DNA from: an uncultured Myxococcales bacterium
GTDB taxonomy: Bacteria > Desulfobacterota > Binatia > UBA1149 > SPBQ01
Reading direction: 5' to 3'
DNA: 64,000 nucleotides
Assembly (NCBI GenBank): GCA_964555245.1
Contig: CAZKRI010000051.1
Location: forward strand, 57,755-121,754
In this document: in pieces, positions 58,593 through 64,000 of the stretch
Numbering within the stretch: the first letter of the stretch is position 1
Layout: each line of letters starts with the position of its first letter
Made by a program: the position numbers and the translations under genes
The notes under the pieces: model-generated
Database searches by the model: none
Told to the model about the DNA's origin: nothing
Seen by the model: only the letters and a program-made list of their open reading frames with translations

Positions 58593-59615
58593 ATGCGACA
58601 AGTATGGATCACGAAGGCCGGTCCTCCCGAAGTGCTCGCGGTCAAGGAAGCTCCGGATCCTGTGCCCAAGCCAGGCGAGCTCCGCGTGCGCGTGGAGGCA
58701 GCAGGCGTCAACTTCGCCGACATCATGGGGCGCATGGGCATGTACCCGGATCTCCCGGGCATTCCGATCGTCGTCGGTTACGAGGTCGGCGGTCGCGTCG
58801 ATGCCGTGGGCGAAGGTACGGACAACAGTTGGGTGGGGCGCGACGTCTTCGCCCTCACGCGCTTTGGCGGCTACTCGGATGTCGTCTGCGTGCCGCAGAA
58901 CCAAGTGTTCGCGCGGCCACCCGGAATGTCGGCGGCAGCGGGCGCGGCGATCCCGGTGAACTACTTCACCGCCTACGTGCTCGTCGTCGTGATGGGTGGG
59001 CTCCGCAAGGGCGAGACCATGCTCGTGCACTCGGCCGGCGGCGGTGTCGGTATCGCGGCCACGCAGCTCGCCAAGCACATCGGTGCGGTGGTTATCGGCA
59101 CCGCGTCGAGCTCCAAGCACGAGTTCCTACGAGGCATCGGTGTCGATCATCTCATCGACTATACACGCGAGGACTTCGAGAAGCGGACCACCGAGATCAC
59201 GCGCGGCCGCGGGGTCGAGCTCATCCTTGATGCTGTGGGCGGCGAGTCGTTCAAAAAAGGCTATCGCTTGCTCGCGCCGACGGGGCGTCTGGGGATGTTC
59301 GGCATGTCGTCGGCGGCGACCGGCAAGCAGCGGAGCGTGGCGAGCCTGCTCCGCACCGTGGTCTCGATGCCGTGGCTGCAGGTCACGCCGGTCTCGCTCA
59401 TCGACAAGAACAGATCCGTCTTCGGCGTCAATCTAGGACATCTTTGGGGCGAGGTGGACCGTATCCGCACGTGGGCCGATCATCTGCTCGAGCTCTGGGG
59501 CAAGGGCGTCGTTCGGCCTCACGTGGACAAGATCTTCCCGTTCGCCGAAGCCGCCGCGGCTCACCACTACATTCACGATCGCCGCAACATCGGGAAGGTG
59601 TTGTTGGCGCCGTAG
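58593..59615 (+). CDS. MDR/quinone oxidoreductase-like (VAT-1 homolog) dehydrogenase
   Basis: GVNFAD, GYEVGG, HSAGGGVG and NIGKVLL motifs. Confidence 0.9.
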   Translation: MRQVWITKAGPPEVLAVKEAPDPVPKPGELRVRVEAAGVNFADIMGRMGMYPDLPGIPIVVGYEVGGRVDAVGEGTDNSWVGRDVFALTRFGGYSDVVCVPQNQVFARPPGMSAAAGAAIPVNYFTAYVLVVVMGGLRKGETMLVHSAGGGVGIAATQLAKHIGAVVIGTASSSKHEFLRGIGVDHLIDYTREDFEKRTTEITRGRGVELILDAVGGESFKKGYRLLAPTGRLGMFGMSSAATGKQRSVASLLRTVVSMPWLQVTPVSLIDKNRSVFGVNLGHLWGEVDRIRTWADHLLELWGKGVVRPHVDKIFPFAEAAAAHHYIHDRRNIGKVLLAP

Positions 59616-59631
59616 CCGGGACGTGGCCGCC

Positions 59632-60273
59632 TCAACGAAGCAATCGGCGCACACCGGGCGCGCCGAACGTCGCTTCGAAGGACGGATGGCGTTTCTCGTC
59701 GACGACCTTGAAGCCGGCGCCCTCATAGGCGCGCTGCGCCGGGGTGTTTCCGATCAGCACGCCGATCTGCGAGAGCGTGTGTCCTTGCTGACGGCCGACG
59801 TCGAGGATCGCGCCCAAGAGTGCTCGAGTTAACCCCTTTCCTCGGTATTGCGGAGCCGTCGCGACCCACTCGAGTATCCACGCGTCCTCCGGCATCTCCG
59901 GAACGCACGTGAGAAACGGAGCGATGCGCTGTTGCATCGCTCCCATCCGGGCCTCTGTCCAACCTTCGGTGGTGAGCGCTTCGACCATCGCTTGCAGGAG
60001 CATCACTCCAGTCGCGGCGGCGGGGTTCTCATAGCCCGACAGTGCCGCGGCGGGCTTGCCGGCGACCTCGGCGATCAGGAAGCCTGACCAGTGGCAGAAC
60101 GACTTTGCCTCGGCGCGGCAGATCCGCTCGATGATGCGCAGGCGATACTCATCGGGGCCAGGGAACGCCAGGTCCCAGAAGCCGAACGGCAAGTGCGAGC
60201 GCGATGCTTCCTGTTGTACCCATGCGAGAAAAGGCGCGTCGGTTGCGGTCGCCGGTCGAATGCTGAATTCCAT
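59632..60273 (-). CDS. GNAT family N-acetyltransferase
   Basis: IRPAT, VATAPQYRGKG and NTPAQRAYEGAGF motifs. Confidence 0.88.
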   Translation of the reverse strand: MEFSIRPATATDAPFLAWVQQEASRSHLPFGFWDLAFPGPDEYRLRIIERICRAEAKSFCHWSGFLIAEVAGKPAAALSGYENPAAATGVMLLQAMVEALTTEGWTEARMGAMQQRIAPFLTCVPEMPEDAWILEWVATAPQYRGKGLTRALLGAILDVGRQQGHTLSQIGVLIGNTPAQRAYEGAGFKVVDEKRHPSFEATFGAPGVRRLLR

Positions 60274-60353
60274 CGTCGGACTATGCCATGCGATCACGGC
60301 TCTGTCGCGCACGGGGTGGACATAGCGATACCGGTCGGACACACGAAGCTCCT

Positions 60354-61028
60354 ATGCCAAAACCCCATGCCCTTACGATGCCGCTGGAAGACGCGATGCG
60401 TACCCAACGTGCGATTCGCCGTCTTAAACCCGACCCCGTCGACGATGACCTCGTGCTCCATCTGATCGAGCTTGCGCTTAGGGCGCCGACCGGATCGAAC
60501 GCGCAGAACTGGGAGTTCATCGTCGTGAAGGACCCGGCTGTGAGGGCGCGGCTGGGGAGTCTCAACCGCCGTGCCTTTTCGCTCTACGGCGGACTCGGCC
60601 GCAGACAGAACCGACGCGCCGGCAATCAAGCGATGCTTCGCATCCTGGATGCCGTGCAGTGGCAAGCGGATCACTTCGAGGAGATCCCCGTGATCGTCGT
60701 CGCCTGTCTCAACGGCTGGATTCCGCCGTGGCCCCCGATTGCCGCCTCCAGTCTATACGGGTCGATCTATCCCTCGGTGCAGAACCTTCTGCTCGCCGCG
60801 CGGGCCGCCGGCCTCGGGGCCGCTCTCATTACGCTGCCGCTCTGGAGCAAACTGCTCGCTCAGCGCGCGCTCGGCTTGCCGTTCAAGGTCACGCCCGTCG
60901 CCGTGATTCCGCTGGGCTGGCCGACGGGCCGCTACGGACCGACTACACGCAGGCCCGTCGGCGAGGTGGTGTCGCTCGACCGGTATGGGAACCGGGCGTT
61001 TCTGGAGCGAGCGGGCGAGCCCGGATAG
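60354..61028 (+). CDS. Nitroreductase family protein
   Basis: TQRAIRR, APTGSNAQNWEF, QNLLLAARAAGLG and IPLGWP motifs. Confidence 0.9.
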   Translation: MPKPHALTMPLEDAMRTQRAIRRLKPDPVDDDLVLHLIELALRAPTGSNAQNWEFIVVKDPAVRARLGSLNRRAFSLYGGLGRRQNRRAGNQAMLRILDAVQWQADHFEEIPVIVVACLNGWIPPWPPIAASSLYGSIYPSVQNLLLAARAAGLGAALITLPLWSKLLAQRALGLPFKVTPVAVIPLGWPTGRYGPTTRRPVGEVVSLDRYGNRAFLERAGEPG

Positions 61029-61196
61029 AGATCCCCGACGGGCCGACTTTCCCCGCAACTCTACCGTAGTTTTGCATTGCAATTCTACGGTGGTGATGGC
61101 GGATTGCGACGGTGATCGGCGAGCCGCTGCGCCTTCTTCCCATGCCTGACAGGTCGTTCTTCGTCTTTGGGCCGCGCGGCGTTGGCAAGAGCACAG

Positions 61197-62492
61197 CTAC
61201 GCGGCCTTCGCTTCCGTGAACACCGGCGCGAAGCCGCCGCCGGCGGTGCGGAAGTTGGTCGTCTGACCGCGGTAGAGACGCGCAGCCACCAGCTGTACCC
61301 GTCCGTCGTAGACGTAGTTGCGAAGGTCGAGCTTGAGAGGCATCTCGACACCGTCGACGAGGATGGTCCGCTCGGTCGGCGCGACCACGCGTTGCACGAC
61401 GTAGTCGCGTTTCAGAATCTCCTCCCAAGTCGAACGCGTGAGCTTGTCGCCGCGATAGGCGGCCTTGCTGCCGTACCCGATCGCGGGTTTGAAGAAGTAG
61501 CCCTTGCGCTCGCGCCAGAACTCCTCGGCACGCGCGGGATCGAGGCGACGCGTTTCGGGAACGCCGGCCGCGAGCGTGAGTCGGATCGGTTCGGGCACGC
61601 CCCACGATCGCAATCGTTCGGTGTCGGAGAGCACCGTGAGCAAGCGCTTGTCCGCGTACAGCGCGTAGGTCCGAGGGTGGGGCGATACGACCACCACGCC
61701 CGCTTCGTACGCCGACCGAATCGCGGCCGACCCCTCGGCCTCGAAATAGAAATCGGTGAGGCGGTTGTACACGAAATCGATCCGGCGCCCGTGCGCGGTG
61801 AGCTCGCCGCCCGCATGGCGAAGGTCGGCTACGTCGACGATCTCGGCGTCGACGCCAGCGCGCCGGAACAGCTCGCGGAACAGCAGAAACTCCGGGTACA
61901 AGAACTGTTTCGCGGGCTCCTCGTCGACGATCGCGATCGATCGGAGCGGCTCATCGCCGCGCTGGAGCCGCCACTCGCTTTGGAACATTGCGACCAGCTC
62001 GTCCTGCAGCCGATTCGGATCGGTGCTCGAGCCGAGCATGGCGGACACGTCCTGGCAGCAGGCCTGCTGCGCTCCCGCGAGAGCGGCGTTGAGTAGAGCC
62101 CCACCGGCATTGGTGTTGATCTCGATGAGCTGCGGTCCGTTGTGTCCGAGGTGAAAATCGTAGCCCAAGAACACGCCACGCGGGCCGTGGTCGTGCAGCG
62201 CGATGCGCGGTGCGGCGTCGAGCGCGTGACGGCGAAACGGTTCGCTCGCGACCACCGCTTCGATCGCCGTCACCACCGCCTGCATCTGATCGAGCTGCGC
62301 GCGAGCGAGAAACACCGGCGAATCGGAGAACAGATTCGGCTGATCCTTGAGGATCGAGGCATAGACGCCAGCCGTCTCGGCGCTCGACTCCAGGCGTTCG
62401 CGGAGCTTGACCGGATCGACGGCGATGCAGTGGCATCGCCGATTGAGCTCTTCGGCGATCGCGGAGGGATCGAACCCAGCCTCATCCGTCAC
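61197..62492 (-). CDS. Circularly permuted ATP-grasp (amidoligase-like) protein
   Basis: YDFHL...LIEINTNAGG, FFKPAIGYGS, YVVQRVV, KLDLRNY and TTNFRTAGGG. Confidence 0.75.
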   Translation of the reverse strand: MTDEAGFDPSAIAEELNRRCHCIAVDPVKLRERLESSAETAGVYASILKDQPNLFSDSPVFLARAQLDQMQAVVTAIEAVVASEPFRRHALDAAPRIALHDHGPRGVFLGYDFHLGHNGPQLIEINTNAGGALLNAALAGAQQACCQDVSAMLGSSTDPNRLQDELVAMFQSEWRLQRGDEPLRSIAIVDEEPAKQFLYPEFLLFRELFRRAGVDAEIVDVADLRHAGGELTAHGRRIDFVYNRLTDFYFEAEGSAAIRSAYEAGVVVVSPHPRTYALYADKRLLTVLSDTERLRSWGVPEPIRLTLAAGVPETRRLDPARAEEFWRERKGYFFKPAIGYGSKAAYRGDKLTRSTWEEILKRDYVVQRVVAPTERTILVDGVEMPLKLDLRNYVYDGRVQLVAARLYRGQTTNFRTAGGGFAPVFTEAKAA

Positions 62493-62526
62493 GCGCGCGT
62501 TCTAGCACGCGCCACGTGAACGCTGT

Positions 62527-62550
62527 AATGGGGTCAGGTCTAATTTCCGC
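62527..62550. repeat. Single half copy of the REP-like element
   Basis: AATGGGGTCAGGTCTAATTTCCGC, differing from 33660-33684 by 1 substitution and 1 deletion. Confidence 0.7.
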
Positions 62551-62555
62551 TGCGG

Positions 62556-63962
62556 CTAGAGGCTCCGAAGGCTGACCGTGCAGTGGCGCACGACGCATTC
62601 CGCGCGAACTTCTTCGGCGCGGGCGCTGCACGCCTCGGGAGCGACGCCTTCGGCGGCGCACGTTTGCCCGAACTCTTCGGCCGCCGCGGCGCACTCTTGC
62701 TCGCACGACGGTGGCACGTCGTGGCATTCCGAGGCAACGCACTCGCTAGCGATCTCGGCGGCTCGAGCGCGGCATGCCTCGGGATCGATCCCATCCTCGA
62801 TGCAACCGGAGAGGAAGTCGCTCGCTTTGCGCTTGCACCATTCGTCGCAAGTCGGAGGAGCGGTGGCGCAGCGCTCGACGACGCAGGCCTGCTCGACGGC
62901 TTCGGCTCGCTCGCCGCAAGCCTCCGGATCGCTGCCTTGCTGCGCGCAATGAGCCTCGAACTCGTCCGCGCCTGCTGCACATTTGTCTTCGCAGGTCGCG
63001 GGATCGTCGTTGGGCGCGCAGTTCTCCTGGAGGCAAGCGTCGACGATCACGCGTGCGCGCTCCGCGCAGCGCGCGTCATCCGCCCCGCAGCTCTGCAGGA
63101 ACGCCTCACCGCGCGCGGCGCAGGCTTGCTCGCACGTCGGCGGCTGCTGGTCCTCGCAGTTGTCCGCGATGCACTGAGCCCGCACGCCCGTGGCGGCTTC
63201 GCGACACGACTCCTCGGAGCCACCGCCGCTCACGCAACTGTCGAACTGTTCCCTTGCCGCTGCCGTGCAGCGGTCTTCGCACGACGGTTTGTGGCTGCAC
63301 TCCAAAGCGAGGCATTGCTCGAGAGCGCTCGCGGCCCGAGCCTCGCACGCCGCCGGTTCGCCACCTTCATCGACGCAACCGGCGAGCAGCTTCCTGGCGC
63401 GCGCGTGACAGGCCTCTTCGCAGGTGGTCTCTGGCTCGCAGTTCTCGACGACGCATGCACCAAACGCCACGCGGGCCCGGTGTCCACAGCCGCGGCTCGG
63501 ATTCCCCTCGGCCACGCATTGGTCGCGCAGGTCGGCGGCGAGATCGGCGCAGCCCGCTTCGCAGGTTGGCCGGCCGTCGCAGCTTTCGGCAAGACACGCG
63601 CTCAGCACCTCGCGCGCGCTCAGCGCGCACTCCTCTTCGGCGCCGCCGGATTCCACGCACTGCTCGAAGTTGGACCGCGCCAGCTCCGAGCAGCGCCGCT
63701 CGCAGGAGGTGACCGGATCACAGTGTTTCTCGAGACACTCCTTGAAGGCCTGCTCGCCCTGTCCCCGGCAACCGACCCTGGGCATTCCGCCGGCGACGCA
63801 GCCTTCCACGGTGCCCCATGCGTACGACCGGCAGAGCGTGACGCACGGAGGTTTGCAGCTTGGTTCCGTCACCCCGATGGGTTCGGTTGCCAGGGCAGCG
63901 CCAGACGAACCGGCTTCGAGCGCCAAGACGAGGAGTGACAAGACGATCCAACGACGTTGCAT
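62556..63962 (-). CDS. Secreted protein with nine tandem ~47-aa six-cysteine repeats
   Basis: GAGAGGG RBS; signal peptide ending ALA; C-x3-C-x10-C-x9-C-x10-C-x4-C repeated nine times; 55 Cys in total. Confidence 0.85.
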   Translation of the reverse strand: MQRRWIVLSLLVLALEAGSSGAALATEPIGVTEPSCKPPCVTLCRSYAWGTVEGCVAGGMPRVGCRGQGEQAFKECLEKHCDPVTSCERRCSELARSNFEQCVESGGAEEECALSAREVLSACLAESCDGRPTCEAGCADLAADLRDQCVAEGNPSRGCGHRARVAFGACVVENCEPETTCEEACHARARKLLAGCVDEGGEPAACEARAASALEQCLALECSHKPSCEDRCTAAAREQFDSCVSGGGSEESCREAATGVRAQCIADNCEDQQPPTCEQACAARGEAFLQSCGADDARCAERARVIVDACLQENCAPNDDPATCEDKCAAGADEFEAHCAQQGSDPEACGERAEAVEQACVVERCATAPPTCDEWCKRKASDFLSGCIEDGIDPEACRARAAEIASECVASECHDVPPSCEQECAAAAEEFGQTCAAEGVAPEACSARAEEVRAECVVRHCTVSLRSL

Positions 63963-64000
63963 GAGATTTCCCTCTCGACCCAGGGCCCGCACGATCGGCC

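Overview
High-GC (roughly two-thirds G+C by eye) bacterial chromosomal window. The gene repertoire suggests a Binatia-like or other deltaproteobacterial MAG, which is inference only. Main blocks: (1) a ferritin-like diiron protein with a CxxC partner, then a small Cys protein, acyl-CoA ligase, crotonase and an MMPL/RND transporter; (2) a sulfatase island with a porin, an AraC regulator carrying a duplicated operator-like motif, three arylsulfatases and aqpZ; (3) lipid-catabolic enzymes, an orphan secF and a six-gene TolC/HlyD/ABC export operon; (4) a BNR beta-propeller plus ubiquitin-like (MoaD/ThiS) pair, TerC, a sigma54-type amt and a Tat transglutaminase; (5) M20 peptidase, dcd, YqgE, LLM, hemG/Y and a HemD-HemE fusion; (6) a decayed mobile region (integrase, PIN, IS3, IS91, IS630, RelE and AAA remnants) around a di-heme cytochrome c; (7) recQ, two secreted unknowns, and a DesT/FabR-controlled desaturase operon with two clear operators; (8) a circularly permuted ATP-grasp ligase next to a secreted protein built from nine 6-Cys repeats. 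No rRNA, tRNA or CRISPR array was seen. Several frameshifts and nonsense codons may be assembly errors. All family calls come from motif recognition by eye, not from database searches. Best novelty candidates: the 9x6-Cys repeat protein with its ATP-grasp neighbour, the diiron/CxxC pair, and the BNR-Ubl pair.
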